A DNA stretch of 64,000 nt from an uncultured Chloroflexia bacterium. GTDB lineage: Bacteria > Chloroflexota > Anaerolineae > JAAYZQ01. Below, piece by piece: positions 1 to 12,311 of this stretch. The stretch lies in the NCBI GenBank assembly GCA_963700285.1, contig CAVOXA010000010.1:1280001-1344000 (forward strand), read 5' to 3'. The position numbers and the translations under genes are program-made. Every line of letters begins with the position of its first letter. Within the stretch, counting starts at the first letter, position 1. Below the pieces are notes generated by a model. That model was not told the origin of the DNA and made no database searches. It saw only the letters and a program-made list of their open reading frames with translations.

Positions 1-183
1 CTCATTTAGGGCGTTGACACTGATGTGCGCGCAGATGGCGCCAATGAAGGCCAGGACGAGGTACAGAATGTTGATCTTGCCGTGCGTCCAGACCGCAGTG
101 GCAGCACCCAGCATGACACAGGCGACGTCCAGATACAAAAAGTCGACCCGCATGGGACCAAGCCACACTTTCAGATCCTTCAT
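1..183 (-). CDS. UbiA-family prenyltransferase (MenA-like), N-terminal part; runs off window start
   Basis: Manual translation from ATG at 183: MKDLKVWLGPMRVDFLYLDVACVMLGAATAVW...LAFIGAICAHISVNALNE. Hydrophobic helices followed by the NxxN(D/E) motif of MenA/UbiA. Not in the ORF track. Confidence 0.7.
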   Translation of the reverse strand, partial: MKDLKVWLGPMRVDFLYLDVACVMLGAATAVWTHGKINILYLVLAFIGAICAHISVNALNE

Positions 184-456
184 GTTCCTCTCCGATCAGC
201 CTTCTCAGCGTTGCTGCTGGGTGGACTAGATTGTACCATTGCCCGCCTGATTCGACAAGCTGCCTCCCCCCTCCGCTTGCAGGATCCGTGTCATACCTCC
301 ACGGACCTTTTTGCTATTCTCCCGCGGTCTGTGGTAGAATTTAGGCATCCAATAGAACCTCTGCAACAGGGAGGGCGCCGGTGGCCTGGATACCGGGCGA
401 TCCACCCCATCCCGGAACGGCTGGACTCGGAGCTGGATGTCGTCGAGGAAGGAGCG

Positions 457-993
457 ATGATGGACTTGGTAAGCGACCTAACGGAAGTACAGCGTCTGGC
501 CGAGGAACTCCAGGATGAGAACTGGGCCTTTCGCGCCTGGATCAAGTCCAACTTTGATCTGGACGATGAGCAACTCATGTCGGTCGTGCAATGGCTGGCC
601 GTTGAAGTGACGGCGCAAATCGATTGCAGGGCCTGCGCCAACTGCTGCCAGTTGCTGGCGCCTTCCCTAAGCCAGGGCGACATGAAACGGCTGGCCCGAG
701 CCCTCAAGGTGGATGTTCCTACGCTGCAAGCAACCTACTTGCAACAAGACGAATCGGGGAAATGGGAGCTGCCTGCTCCCTGTCCCTTGCTGGAGGGCAA
801 GCTGTGCCGCGTCTACGATGCCCGGCCCAAGCCTTGCCGCGAGTATCCCCATCTATACAACGACTTTCGAGCCCACAGCATCGCCCGCATCAGCGATACA
901 CGCGTCTGCCCCATCGTGTTCAACCTAATCGAGGGCATGAAGGTCGATCTGGGATGGCAGGAAAGTGATGAGTTGGACTGGTTCGACTGGTAG
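457..993 (+). CDS. YkgJ/CxxCxxCC family putative Fe-S/Zn cluster protein
   Basis: CRACANCC, PCPLL, CRVYDARPKPCREYP, CPIV motifs; AGGAG RBS before ATG 457. Confidence 0.85.
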   Translation: MMDLVSDLTEVQRLAEELQDENWAFRAWIKSNFDLDDEQLMSVVQWLAVEVTAQIDCRACANCCQLLAPSLSQGDMKRLARALKVDVPTLQATYLQQDESGKWELPAPCPLLEGKLCRVYDARPKPCREYPHLYNDFRAHSIARISDTRVCPIVFNLIEGMKVDLGWQESDELDWFDW

Positions 994-1013
994 TTGCCTT
1001 GAGGTTCTGCAAT

Positions 1014-4000
1014 ATGAAGCTGAGTGTACACGGCAGTTCCTCGGCTGACGCCTTTTTCGTGTGGGCCGAATCGTCAGAGGCGACACCCCGGAAGCCCGGG
1101 CGCAAGCCCCGGATCCCGCCACATCCCCACGCTGCATCTCCCGCCAGATTGCGCGCCGTGTTACAGGACCTGGCGCCCTCGGTCGAGTGGGAAGCCGTTC
1201 CCAGTGAGGAACGGGTAATCCTGCTGCCCTCGGCAGCGGATGCCCCCTGTCTGCCCCCCTGGCTGGTCCCCGATGCGGTAGATCCAGGAAGCCGAATTGC
1301 ATCTGTCGCCGTGGAAGGTGACCGGCCTGGCTCTGGATCGTGCTGTCGGCCTTGCACTTCCTGGTCGCGCTGCCGCTGGGCGAGGACCAACAGGAGGCCG
1401 TACGCAGCCGGCAGTGGGGCGCAGACCTGCATTACTGGAGCCTGGTGGCCAAGTTTGGGCTCGAGTTGCTGGCCCACCACCGCTATCTGCCGGGCATGGC
1501 GGAGCATGAAGGCCAATACCGGGCCGCGCTGGCTGCCGGTGCTGGAAGATATCCAGGACCAAACACGCCTGCGCAGGCTGGCAGAAGCCATGCCGCCTGT
1601 TTGCCGGGCCGTGTTCGCCGGCAGAAAAGCGCCGGAACCAGAACAGGCCCCCGAACCGCGCGACCTGTTGGACCGTTTTCTCAAGCAGCTTGTCGACCAG
1701 GCCGTGCGCGATTGGGGCCGGCCCCGTCTGGATGGCCGGCGCAAGCCGCCGGAAGGGGTCGCTGGCGCGTGGTGGTCGGCGCTGTGGGATGATGTCCAAG
1801 CCCAGGGGAGCCCGATTGAGGTACCGTTGTCCCAGCGGCGTGATCTGGCGCGCCTGTTCGACGCCTGGCAGGCGTGGATAGGGCAGTTGCGCGGGCTGAA
1901 GGACGTGACCTTCCGCCTTTGCGTCCGGCTGGAGCCACCCGAAGTGGACCCAGAAAGCGGCCAAGTGCTCTCGCCCGACTGGCTCCTGCGCTACATGCTC
2001 CAGGCCAACGATGATCCCAGCCTGCTGGTGCCTGCCGAAAAGGTATGGGACGCGCGGGGCGGTACGCTGCGCATCCTCAATCGCAAGTTCGAGGGGGCAC
2101 AAGAGCGACTGCTGGCCGGGCTGGGGCTGGCTGGACGGCTCTTCCCGCCTATCATGAAGAGCCTGCGCACGGCGCGGCCCGATGCCTGTCCTCTGACCGT
2201 AGACGAAGCCTACGCCTTCCTGCGTGAGGTGGGACCGCTTCTGGAAGGCAGCGGTTTTGGCGTGCTGGTGCCCCCCTGGTGGGACAAACCTGGCGCGCGG
2301 CTGGGCGTGCGAGCCCGATTGCAGACCCCGGACACGGTCGCCGGCCAGGGATTCCTGGGCATGGACACCCTGGTGCAGTTCGATTGGGAATTGGCCCTGG
2401 GCGACGAGGCGCTGACCTACGAGGAATTCCAGCGGTTGGCCGCGCTTAAAATGCCCCTGGTCCAGGTACGCGGCCAGTGGGTGCTGCTCCAGCCTGACCA
2501 GATCGAGGCGGCCATCGCCTTCTGGGAGAAAAAGCGCAAGCAAGCCAAGATGTCTCTGCACGATGCGCTGAGCCTGGCCCTGGGTGCTGACGAGGAGGTC
2601 GCAGGGCTTCCACTGCAGGGCGTCGAGACTTCGGGCTGGTTGGACAGTCTGCTGGATCAGTTGGGGGCTGGCGACCAGATGCAAGAGCTGGTGCCGCCGC
2701 AAGCGTTCGAGGGCCAACTGCGGCCCTACCAGGTGCGTGGCTACTCGTGGCTCCATTTTCTGCGCAAGTGGGGGCTGGGCGCCTGCCTGGCCGACGATAT
2801 GGGCCTGGGCAAGACGATCCAGGCCATCGCCCTGTTGCTGTACGAGCGCCAGGTCGCTGAAAATGGCGTGGAACCGGCGCTGGTGCATCTGCCCCACCTC
2901 GGTCGTCGGCAATTGGAAGCGCGAGATCCAGCGCTTTGCCCCAAAGCTGCGGGTGATGGTCCACCATGGCGGCGACCGGGCCAAGGGCGAAACGTTTGTC
3001 GCTGCTGCCCAGGAATACGACGTCATCATCAGTTCCTACGGTCTGGCCCGCCGCGACGTCGACGACCTGGCCCAGGTGCCGTGGAGCGACGTCATCCTCG
3101 ACGAAGCCCAGAACATCAAGAACCCCCAGGCCAAGCAGACACAGGCCATCCGCAAGCTACCGGCGGCCAATCGTGTGGCCATGACCGGGACCCCGGTGGA
3201 GAACCGTCTGTCGGAACTGTGGTCCATCATGCAGTTTCTCAATCCTGGCCTGCTGGGTTCGCAGGCCGGATTTCGCCAGAGCTTTGCACTGCCCATCGAA
3301 CGCTACCAGGACAGATCGGCCACCGAACGCCTCAAGGGCTTGGTCGGGCCGTTCATCCTGCGTCGCCTCAAGACCGATTCGACCATCATCCAGGATCTGC
3401 CAGACAAGTTGGAGATGAAGGTCTACTGCAACCTGTCTGCCGAACAGGCTACCCTGTACGAATCGGTGGTCCAAGAATCGCTGGTACGGATCACCTCGGC
3501 AGAGGAAGGAATAGAGCGGCGCGGCGTGGTGCTGGGCTCACTCACCCGACTGAAGCAGGTCTGCAACCACCCGGCCCAATTCTTGGGCGACGGTTCGGCG
3601 CTGCCGGGGCGGTCCGGCAAGTTCGACCGGATGGGCGAGATGCTGGAGGAGGCCCTGTCTATCGGCGATCGAGCGCTCGTGTTTACCCAGTTTGCCGAGA
3701 TGGGCCACATGCTACAGGCCTATCTGCAATCCCTGTTTGGCATCGAAGTGTTGTTCCTTTACGGCGGCACGCCCCAGAAGCAGCGGGATCGCATGGTGGC
3801 TCGCTTCCAAGGAGAACGGGCCGGCCCGCCTGTCTTTATTCTCTCGCTGAAAGCGGGTGGCACTGGGCTCAACCTGACAGCGGCCAATCACGTGTTCCAT
3901 TTTGATCGCTGGTGGAATCCGGCCGTAGAGGATCAGGCCACCGATCGGGCTTTCCGCATCGGGCAAACACAGGACGTGCAGGTGCACAAGTTCCTCTGTG

Positions 4001-4143
4001 CCGGCACGCTGGAGGAGCGGATCGACGAGATGATCGAGAGCAAGAAGGCGCTGGCCGAGAGCGTCGTCGGCGCGAGCGAGGGCTGGTTGACCGAGTTGAG
4101 CACCGACGAACTGCGCGACATGATGTCGCTGAGAAGGGATTAG
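1014..4143 (+). CDS. SNF2-family helicase/ATPase with long N-terminal region (frameshifted near ~1330-1530 and ~2890)
   Basis: [56 protein letters not shown], split across ORFs 999..3905 and 2584..4143. Confidence 0.92.
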
Positions 4144-4147
4144 GCCC

Positions 4148-5056
4148 ATGGCCAAACGGCGTAGCAGCTACTATGACAGCTACTGGCCGCGGTACGAGCC
4201 GACGCGCCCCATCGATGTCGAGGACGGCATCAAAGCCAAGAGCAAGCGTGGCAAGTTCGTCAAGCACTGGTGGGCCGACCGCTGGATCGCGGCGCTCCGG
4301 CCGCTGATGGATTCCGGGCGGCTGAGTCGCGGCCGGAGCTACGCCCGGCGGGGGCAGGTCATGGACATCCACGTTGCGCCGGGCCTGGTTACATCCCGGG
4401 TGCAGGGTTCTCGGCGCACGCCCTACAAGGTCAACATCCAGCTCCAGCCGCTGAGCGAAAAACAGTGGGATGAGGTGCTCGAGGCCCTGGCCGAACAGGC
4501 CATCTTTGCCGCTCAACTACTCAATGGCGAGATGCCGGCCGACATTGAGCAAGTGTTTGAAACGGTGCAGGTACCGCTTTTTCCTGCTTCGCGGGGTGAT
4601 CTGCGAACTGACTGCTCTTGTCCCGATTGGGCCAACCCCTGCAAGCACGTCGCCGCGGTGTACTATCTCCTGGGCGAGCGCTTTGACGAGGATCCGTTTC
4701 TGCTGTTCGAGTTGCGGGGACGGAGCCTGGAGGAGATTGCCGGCGCCCTTCGCCAGCGCCGGGCTGTGGAGATCAAGGCCGTCAAAGCCGCGCCCTGCAC
4801 GCCGACCTTGGTCAAAGTGGTTGGTGTCCCTGCCCTCGAGGATTCAATGGATCGCTATTGGGCCCTGAGCGCCGATGCGGCCGACATCACAGTGAACATT
4901 GCCCATCCGCGCGTCCCCTTGGCCCTGCTCAAGCGGGCAGGGATACCCGATTTCGACGGTGTGAACCCCCGGAACCTGCAACAGCAAATGGAAAGGGTGT
5001 ATGAGGGCGTGACCCTGGCTGCGATCCAATTGGCCTTTGCCGATCCTGGGGAGTGA
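4148..5056 (+). CDS. SWIM zinc finger protein (partner of the SNF2 gene)
   Basis: CSCPDWANPCKH SWIM motif, RLSRGRSYAR, DPFLLFELRG; starts 4 bp after the SNF2 stop. Confidence 0.9.
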   Translation: MAKRRSSYYDSYWPRYEPTRPIDVEDGIKAKSKRGKFVKHWWADRWIAALRPLMDSGRLSRGRSYARRGQVMDIHVAPGLVTSRVQGSRRTPYKVNIQLQPLSEKQWDEVLEALAEQAIFAAQLLNGEMPADIEQVFETVQVPLFPASRGDLRTDCSCPDWANPCKHVAAVYYLLGERFDEDPFLLFELRGRSLEEIAGALRQRRAVEIKAVKAAPCTPTLVKVVGVPALEDSMDRYWALSADAADITVNIAHPRVPLALLKRAGIPDFDGVNPRNLQQQMERVYEGVTLAAIQLAFADPGE

Positions 5057-5534
5057 GGGCGAGGGAAAGGCGGCGGACGCAAAGCGCATCGTGTCTATCT
5101 GCTAACCGGGGGACCCGCTCGCTACCACCTCTGCGGACTGCGGCTGATCGGTCAGACCTATGGGCGATACGAGATGCCATACCCGCGCGACGTGGCCGAC
5201 CGGCGAGGCTTTGACTGTCCAGTGGCTGGGCGGAGCACGCAGGCGAGGCCGCTGGATGAACCGGTCGGCGAGTTGTTAGGCCGGCTGCTGCTACCCGGCA
5301 AAGAGGCTAGCCACTACCGTTCCCCTCGGAGAACCCAACGGGAATGGCCGGGAGGCGCGTGATCACCATCCCGGCCCACCACCCCGTCAACGGATCCGGC
5401 TGAGCCGCTGACCCGTTGCCAGCAAAAGAAAGGTCACCAAACAACCGGCTCGCCGGCGGGCAAGGTCTCCCGCAATGGCGGGCCGGTTTTCTATTTCCGG
5501 AGTTGAGCATCCATCCGGTACCATCAGAACAGGT

Positions 5535-7156
5535 CTATTGGTCGTTTCCATAAACCATGGGCAGATAAGCTTGCACCCTCCAGAATTTGATCAGCCGGGG
5601 AGCAAGCGTGAGCGTCGAGTCCGGTCCCCGTTGCGTCCCCTGGCGGATGTACTCGCGCTGTATGATCTTCAGGTAGTGGCAATCCGGGCTTCCAGGACGC
5701 GAGCACAGCGGGAGCGCGGTCGGGGAGATCGAAAAGCAATGACCTCCGGTCAGGTCCTGCACGGTCGAACAATCTCGCGCCAGGTAGTAGACGTAGAACT
5801 TGTCGGCATTGTTCACGGTTCCGGCATAGTCAAGCGCGGTGCCCCGTAGCTGGTCGCTGCTGATGTTCTCGACGCCCTTCAGCAGGAGGCTGTCGTTCAC
5901 CGACAGACCCACGTAGGTCGCGTTGCCTGTCTCGGTGCCAAGCGTGCCTACCACCGCATAGATCTCCCCGCCATCGAGGGGGAGGTTGGGTGTGATTTGA
6001 TACGTCGTGTCCTGGGTGTCGCCCAGGCAGTTCATCCCGATCTCGGTGCATGTGGGCCCGACCAGGTTGATGGGCTGGGGCTTGTAGGTCGAAGAAACTG
6101 GCCGCCCGATCGGAGCAGTCGTCTTTGGCACAGGGCTGTCCCCACCTGCTGTTGACCTCTGCCACGAGCTGGAACAGATCGGCCTTCAATCCGCTCTCGT
6201 CGGCTGCCGATCTGGCCTCCAGCACCGGTGGGCCGTAGGGTTCAGGAAGCCGATCGGGCCGGGTATCCCGCACGCGGAGGATGACGAGGGGCAGGCCCTG
6301 CCGCCAGGTGTCTGAGGCGGTGCCGGGCGCCCCGCCATCCTGGGGTTCGGCGTAGCGAATGACGTTCAGAAGCTCATCAGCCTCCTCCTCGAGGCCCAGC
6401 CTGATCGTATTGGGGATCGGTTCGGTAAAGATGTTTGCGTCCCTCACCGAAACGGCGTCAAAGGCTTCCCTTATCGCATGATCCATCAACCGGTCCGGGG
6501 TGACGATGATGGCCCGTGTCTTGTCAAAGGCGGCGCCCGACTGCCTTTCGATGACGACGTTGTTGTTGCTATTGCTCAGGCTGGCCAGGAGCTGAATGCG
6601 CTTCGGATTTTCGGGAACGGTGGCGAAGAGGAAATGGAGAAAGTCGGGATAGTTCTTTGCCAGAAACTTGTACGTGTCGCTGTTCGTATCGTAGGTGCCT
6701 TCGCGAGTGAACAGGTAGGTCTGTTCGCCAAAATAGGCGGCCTGAGGGGGCAGACGGCCAAAGATGACGATTGCTTCGCGCGGATCGAGCCGGAACGAGG
6801 TATTGTACCCCTCCAACACCTGGCCCAAGGCCAGCTTGGTGGCAGGATCCACAAATTCCTCCGGCCAGGGTGGTACGGCAAAGAGAACATAGGGAGCAGC
6901 AGGGTTGTTGCCGAAGCAGCTCTTCATCGTCGCGTAGGAATCGGCGCAGTCATCTTCGGTGTACAACCTGAAGTAGCCCTGCGAGACCTCATAGCCCTGC
7001 CGGGAGAGCTCGGCGATGAGGCGTTTGGCCGTTCTCTCAATGGGAGCGGGCACCTCGTTCCCTGGCGCGCCAGGCGCACCAGAGGCGTGACCCGTGACCA
7101 GGAGCAAGAGCGGCGAGACACACCAGCCAGACCAAAGTTCTGTTCCGCTTAGCCAT
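5535..7156 (-). CDS. Secreted Cys-containing hypothetical protein with C-terminal YLPxV motif (frameshifted)
   Basis: Signal-peptide-like start MAKRNRTLVWLVCLAAL; body in ORFs 5830..7305 and 5535..6131; ends VQAYLPMVYGNDQ. Confidence 0.65.
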
Positions 7157-7919
7157 GTTCGTTCCTCCTCTTCCTTGTGTGAATGTCTGTGCCAGGCTGG
7201 GCCCATCTCGGCAAGATGGATCCAGCCAGCCCTGCTGCTGCACCGCAGGCCATCACCAGCAGAGCACCGAACAAGACTCCCTTCTGAGCAAGTTCCAGCA
7301 CCCATGATGGTTCTGCCACGGACCCATTATACCACAAATAGCCAGCTAAACATCCCAATCTTGCGCTCTCACCGTTGCGCAAGTACCAGCCGATCAAGAG
7401 CCGTACACTATGAGCCGATCTGGCAAACGGCTGTCGGCTGGCGCGGGCCGGCTGGGGTCGTAGGGCTCGCGACTTGAGGGATCAACGTGGCGTGCGTCGG
7501 TCGCGTGCGCTCACCCCCAAGCAGCTTTTGTGACGCTATTGCGGCAGGTAGCGGGATTGCGGGAAAAGGAGGGCTGCTTCTTCCTTGTCAAGGGCAAGGT
7601 TTGCCAGTATAATGACAAGAGTTCCAATGCATGAGACCTTGTACTATCCTGCACCACTCTGACCACGGCAGACAAGAAGGGATCAGGTGGTGCGAGGACC
7701 AAACCTACACGAGCAACTGGCTAGAGCCACGTCAAGGGTCTGTCCATGTGGCGCCTTGTATTCTGCTGCATAGTTCTGGGCTTGCTCGCGATAGCCATAC
7801 CCGTAGAACACCAGGGCGGTGCTGATGAGACCCTGGGATCGATTCGGGAAGGGGGTGGTGGATGAGACTCGCTGTACAAGGTACAACTGTCTGTCAAACC
7901 TCGAGCACATTCCTCCGAG

Positions 7920-8366
7920 GTGCGCTCCAAGGTCGGTTTTGCCGCCCCAGGCAACGCGTTCGCCATCACGATGGGGGTCGAAGGTCAAAAGGCTGGCTAC
8001 GAACCAGGCGACGTGTTGGCCGCCAGCGACTTGGGCAGTGGAGCCGCCGTGCGCACGTCAGCAACCTACTCGCCGGCAGTGGTTGGGGTCTATTCGGCAG
8101 CGCCCGCCTTCGTGGGCGGCCGGCCGGTGACGGGAGACGATCCCTCGGCTGGTGTGCCCGTCGCCATCCTGGGCGTCGTGGACTGCAAGGTCTCGGCCGA
8201 GAACGGGCCGATCCGCCCCGGGGACCTGCTGGTCACGTCCGCAACGCCTGGACACGCCATGCGCGCCGACCGCGAGCGCACATTCACGGGTACGATCCTC
8301 GGCAAGGCCCTGGAATCCCTGGACTCGGGCACCGGACTGATCCAGGTGCTCCTGACGTTGCAGTAG
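7920..8366 (+). CDS. C-terminal domain/fragment of a surface or tail-fibre-like protein
   Basis: YEPGDVL, VVGVYS..P, LGVVDCKVSAENGPIRPGDLLVTSATPGHAM, ILGKALE: a recurrent C-terminal module; no convincing start. Confidence 0.5.
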   Translation: MRSKVGFAAPGNAFAITMGVEGQKAGYEPGDVLAASDLGSGAAVRTSATYSPAVVGVYSAAPAFVGGRPVTGDDPSAGVPVAILGVVDCKVSAENGPIRPGDLLVTSATPGHAMRADRERTFTGTILGKALESLDSGTGLIQVLLTLQ

Positions 8367-8377
8367 GAGGGGGATCG

Positions 8378-8638
8378 ATGAGAAAATGGTTCATCCCATT
8401 GCTGATCTTGCTCGTTTTCTTGCTCTTGAGCGCGGGCGCTGGCGCGCTGACAGCGCCCCGCTACCAGGTTGAAACAGGGACCATCTCGGGCGGCGGCTAT
8501 CAGCTCACGACTTTCGGGCCACAGACGGGCAACGTCGCCGCCGGGGGCGGCTATCGCCTGCTGGGTCCGGCAGCACCGGCGCTCCGCGGTAGTGGCTGCT
8601 GCTGCACCTACCTGCCCTGCATCGTCCGCAACAGATGA
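8378..8638 (+). CDS. Small secreted protein ending in YLPxI motif
   Basis: AGGAGG RBS; signal peptide MRKWFIPLLILLVFLLLSAGAGA; two GGGY(Q/R)L repeats; ends CCCTYLPCIVRNR. Confidence 0.7.
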   Translation: MRKWFIPLLILLVFLLLSAGAGALTAPRYQVETGTISGGGYQLTTFGPQTGNVAAGGGYRLLGPAAPALRGSGCCCTYLPCIVRNR

Positions 8639-8907
8639 GATCGGCCCTCCCGCCAGCCTGGTGACGGGATGGCTTCGTCGGAGCAAAGTTACCTGGCTGG
8701 TGGCTTCTCTCGTAATCAACACGCTATCCAAAGGGGCGGGGAGCCAGAGCGCGGGCTTGCGCTGGCCCTGTTTGCGTGGTACTATTACCGCATAGGTTTG
8801 CCAGTATGCACAGATATGCAGCGCGAATGAAATAACAAAGTCAGGCAAAGTCGGTGAGCAGGCCCGTTCATTAGCAGGTATCAGGGGATATTGATCAAAG
8901 GGGTAAT

Positions 8908-10074
8908 ATGGCTAGCGAGCACGGAATAACTCAAAAGAAGGACCGTTTTGACATTGAGGGTTGCAAGACGACCATGAAAGCGGTTGTCACAAACGGCAAT
9001 GGCGGATACGAACAACTGGAGTATCGGGATGTCCCGGTTCCAGAACCTGCCGCCGGGGAGCTTCTTCTGCAAGTCCTCGCGGCTGGCGTCAACAATACCG
9101 AGATCAATACCCGCCTTGGTTGGTACTCATCCGCGGTCACAGCCGGTACAGAAGCTCTGACCAGCTGCCGAGAAAGAAAAGGCGAAAGCAAAGGCAGACG
9201 GCGGCTGGAACGAGGCGACACCATTTCCCTTCATCCAGGGCACAGACTGTTGCGGGCGCGTCGTCGCCGTTGGCCCTGGTGGAGACGAAAGCACCCTGGG
9301 CTTGCGCGTATTGGTGCGGCCCTGCATTCGCCCCTTGGGATTTGACTCCATGGAGAATATCTGGATGGCCTCCGATTTCGATGGTGCGTTCGCTCAATTT
9401 GTGAAAATCGATGCCAGGGAGGTTTTTCCCGTAGACTGCGATTGGAGCGATGCTGAACTTGGCACCATTCCGTGCGCCTACGGTACGGCTGAGAATATGC
9501 TCCACCGGGCAAAGTGTCCAAGGGCGAGCATGTGTTGGTTGCCGGTGCATCGGGTGGGGTCGGGTCGGCCGTGGTGCAACTGGCCAAGCGCCGAGGGGCC
9601 ATGGTAACGGCCATTGCGGGAGAACAGAAAATGGCCCAGGTGCGGTCAATTGGCGCCGATCGCGTCATCGCTCGTGGTGACGATATTGTGGCCGCTCTGG
9701 GCGAGAACGCGGTCGATGTGGTGATTGACAATGTCGCCGGGCCTGCTTTTGGCGGGATGTTGAAGGTGCTGAAGCGAGGGGGACGCTATGCCTCTTCGGG
9801 GGCCATCGCTGGACCGCTCGTGACCCTGGATATGCGCGATTTCTATCTCAAGGATCTGACCTTGATCGGTTGCACCGCCTGGGATGAGCCGGTTTTCCCC
9901 AACCTCATTTCCTATATCGAGAATGGCGAGATACGGCCACTCCTCGCCAAATCATTTCCGCTTGAACAGATCGTGGAGGCTCAGAAGGAGTTCACCAAGA
10001 AGAAGCATGTCGGCAAATTCGTTCTGATTCCGCCGCCGTTGAACGAGTCACAATTGAGCATGATCTCCCGTTGA
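8908..10074 (+). CDS. Zinc-binding alcohol dehydrogenase / quinone oxidoreductase (MDR family), frameshifted
   Basis: MKAVVT, VLAAGVNNTEINTRLGWY, IPCAYGTAENML, VLVAGASGGVG, GKFVL across three ORFs. Confidence 0.88.
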
Positions 10075-10087
10075 GCCAGATGTTTCA

Positions 10088-10958
10088 TGAATCCTTCATC
10101 TCTTCTCGACTGTCACAACGGCGATTTCGTCCGCCTTCAGCCGTCTGAAGTCAATCCGGTATACCGATCCGGAACTGACGCCTGAGAACTGGTGCGAGGT
10201 CCAGCCCTGTGCGACGATCAAGGCTCGCCTCGAAGGAGATCATTCTAACGCAACCGTCCTCGACCTTTTTGGTCTACTTGCTTGGAGTTTTGACGATTGG
10301 CGTCGGGCTTGGCTTTCTGTGGCTCCAGGGTGACCAAGGTTCTCGTCTGTGGTGGGGCATCTCTCTGTTGCTGTGGGGGATTGGTGCGCTTCTGGCCGGA
10401 ACCAGCTACCAGGCATTCGGTTACCAGATTAAATGTGCGGGACGGGAGACATGCGCCTGGACCAGTTGGTGGGAGGTGATCTACCTGATGTTCCAGCAGG
10501 TGAGCATGGACGCGCTGCTGGTTGCTGTCGCCCTTTCCTGCACCGAGGGAACATTGCAGATGGTACTGCTGGGTTATGCGCTGCTCAGTGCGGTGGTGTA
10601 CGTCATCCTCACCTTCATCGGGGCGATTGTTCCTGTCAAAACCCTGATCACCTTCGAGTTGATGGTCTGGGTCTCGACTCCGGTCTTTCTGATCATCCTG
10701 ATTATCAACGGTTGGCGGTACTACATGTTCAGCACCCCCATGGATCTGGCACTATTGGGTGCTTGGCTATGGCTATTTTGCACCATGGCGGCCTATTGGC
10801 TCTACGACCATCTGGATATTACACCAAAGCTGTGGGCGAAAGGCAAAGGGATCTGGTTCTCGCAAAATGACGTGCTACACATCGGCCTCATTCTCTGGAT
10901 GATCTACCTTGCAGCGGTTGTGGCCGGACTTGTCCAAGACTATCCTGTGCCCATGTAG
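10088..10958 (+). CDS. Multi-pass membrane protein (start uncertain)
   Basis: ORF 10209..10958 has about 7 hydrophobic segments, with SQNDVLH near the C-terminus. Confidence 0.65.
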
Positions 10959-11182
10959 CAGACCTCGCACCTTCCGCCTGGTGGAGCGCAGGCACCGGCT
11001 TTTTGGGCAACTAGGGGTTCAACCCCTGTCATCCGCGCAGTCTTCGCCATAGGGGTATCTGGCACGTCTAAAGAACGCGGCAGTGGCCGCATCCCAGGCA
11101 GGAGGTTGGCCTCCTTCAGATGCACTCAACTGGCTGGTTCAATACGAATGGAGAGGAACAGGAGGATTCGAGAACGACTGCC

Positions 11183-11332
11183 TCAGACAGCGAAACGCAG
11201 CGTCTCAATGGCATCATAAATGTTGGGCCCAGTCCCAGCCGCTACCTGGCTCGCCAGCAGGAGGAGGAGCACAACCATAATGATGAGCAGGATGCAGTAG
11301 AGCACTGGGTAAAGCGGAATCTGCCGTTCCAT
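11183..11332 (-). CDS. Small single-TM peptide (49 aa), tentative
   Basis: AGGAAAG RBS, then MERQIPLYPVLYCILLIIMVVLLLLLASQVAAG... Confidence 0.35.
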   Translation of the reverse strand: MERQIPLYPVLYCILLIIMVVLLLLLASQVAAGTGPNIYDAIETLRFAV

Positions 11333-11447
11333 GTCTTCTTTCCTCTCCAGCACAACGGCTCGATATGTTTCCCCCATACAGTAGCACGCAACTGCCTACA
11401 AGCTGCATACAGTGGTGGTGGCATCACAACAGGGAGGTCTAGGGAAG

Positions 11448-12173
11448 ATGCTTAAAGATTTGAGTTCGCAAGTAGTCGCCGCATACGATACCTTAGGTGA
11501 ACGGCATGCGTCCCGGGCACTGGACAGCGTCTACAATGACTATTACGAGCGCCCAGTCGTGTATTCTCTTCTGGGCGATGTCACGGGTCGGCGGGTCCTG
11601 GATGCAGGATGTGGACCTGGGAGCTACGCTCAATGGCTAGTTGAACAGGGTGCAACGGTCTTGGCCCTCGATGCCAGTCCCAAGATGCTAGAGCTAGCCG
11701 AGCAAAGACTACTGGGGATAGCAAAGGTTTTGCAAGTGGATTTGAACCAACCGTTGGACTTTCTCGATCCAGGCAGCTTTGACGTGATCTTGTGCGCCCT
11801 GACCCTCGATTACATTCGAGACTGGCACAGACTGTTTGGTGACTTCCACCGAATCTTGGTCGATGGCGGAATGCTGGTGTTTTCGGTACATCACCCCTTC
11901 TTTCTTGATCTAAAGCTAGACGCGAATGTTGGGGAGAACTACTTCTCAATCCAACAAGTACAAGAGGATTGGCTGGCGTTTGGACTAGAGATACCCGCCT
12001 ATCGACGCCCGCTCGGAGCGATGAGCTCGGCGCTGTGCGACTCAGGGTTTGTGATAGAGCGAATCGTGGAGCCGCAACCTATTGAGGCATGCAGAGACGT
12101 CTATCCCAAGCATTACGAGCAGTTGTCGAAACATCCTGTTTTTCTGTGCGTCAGCGCAAAGAAGAGGACCTGA
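11448..12173 (+). CDS. Class I SAM-dependent methyltransferase
   Basis: VLDAGCGPG motif I, FDVILCAL, LVDGGMLVFS. Confidence 0.9.
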   Translation: MLKDLSSQVVAAYDTLGERHASRALDSVYNDYYERPVVYSLLGDVTGRRVLDAGCGPGSYAQWLVEQGATVLALDASPKMLELAEQRLLGIAKVLQVDLNQPLDFLDPGSFDVILCALTLDYIRDWHRLFGDFHRILVDGGMLVFSVHHPFFLDLKLDANVGENYFSIQQVQEDWLAFGLEIPAYRRPLGAMSSALCDSGFVIERIVEPQPIEACRDVYPKHYEQLSKHPVFLCVSAKKRT

Positions 12174-12311
12174 GGGTACCAACTATCCGTCAACTTGGCG
12201 CAATTGCCTCCAAAGCTGTGCGGATCGTCCTGGACCATTATTCTGGGCAGGCGACTATCTACGGGTGTACCTCCCCTGTCGCCCCTTGAACACTCACCTG
12301 AGGCGGGCTAG

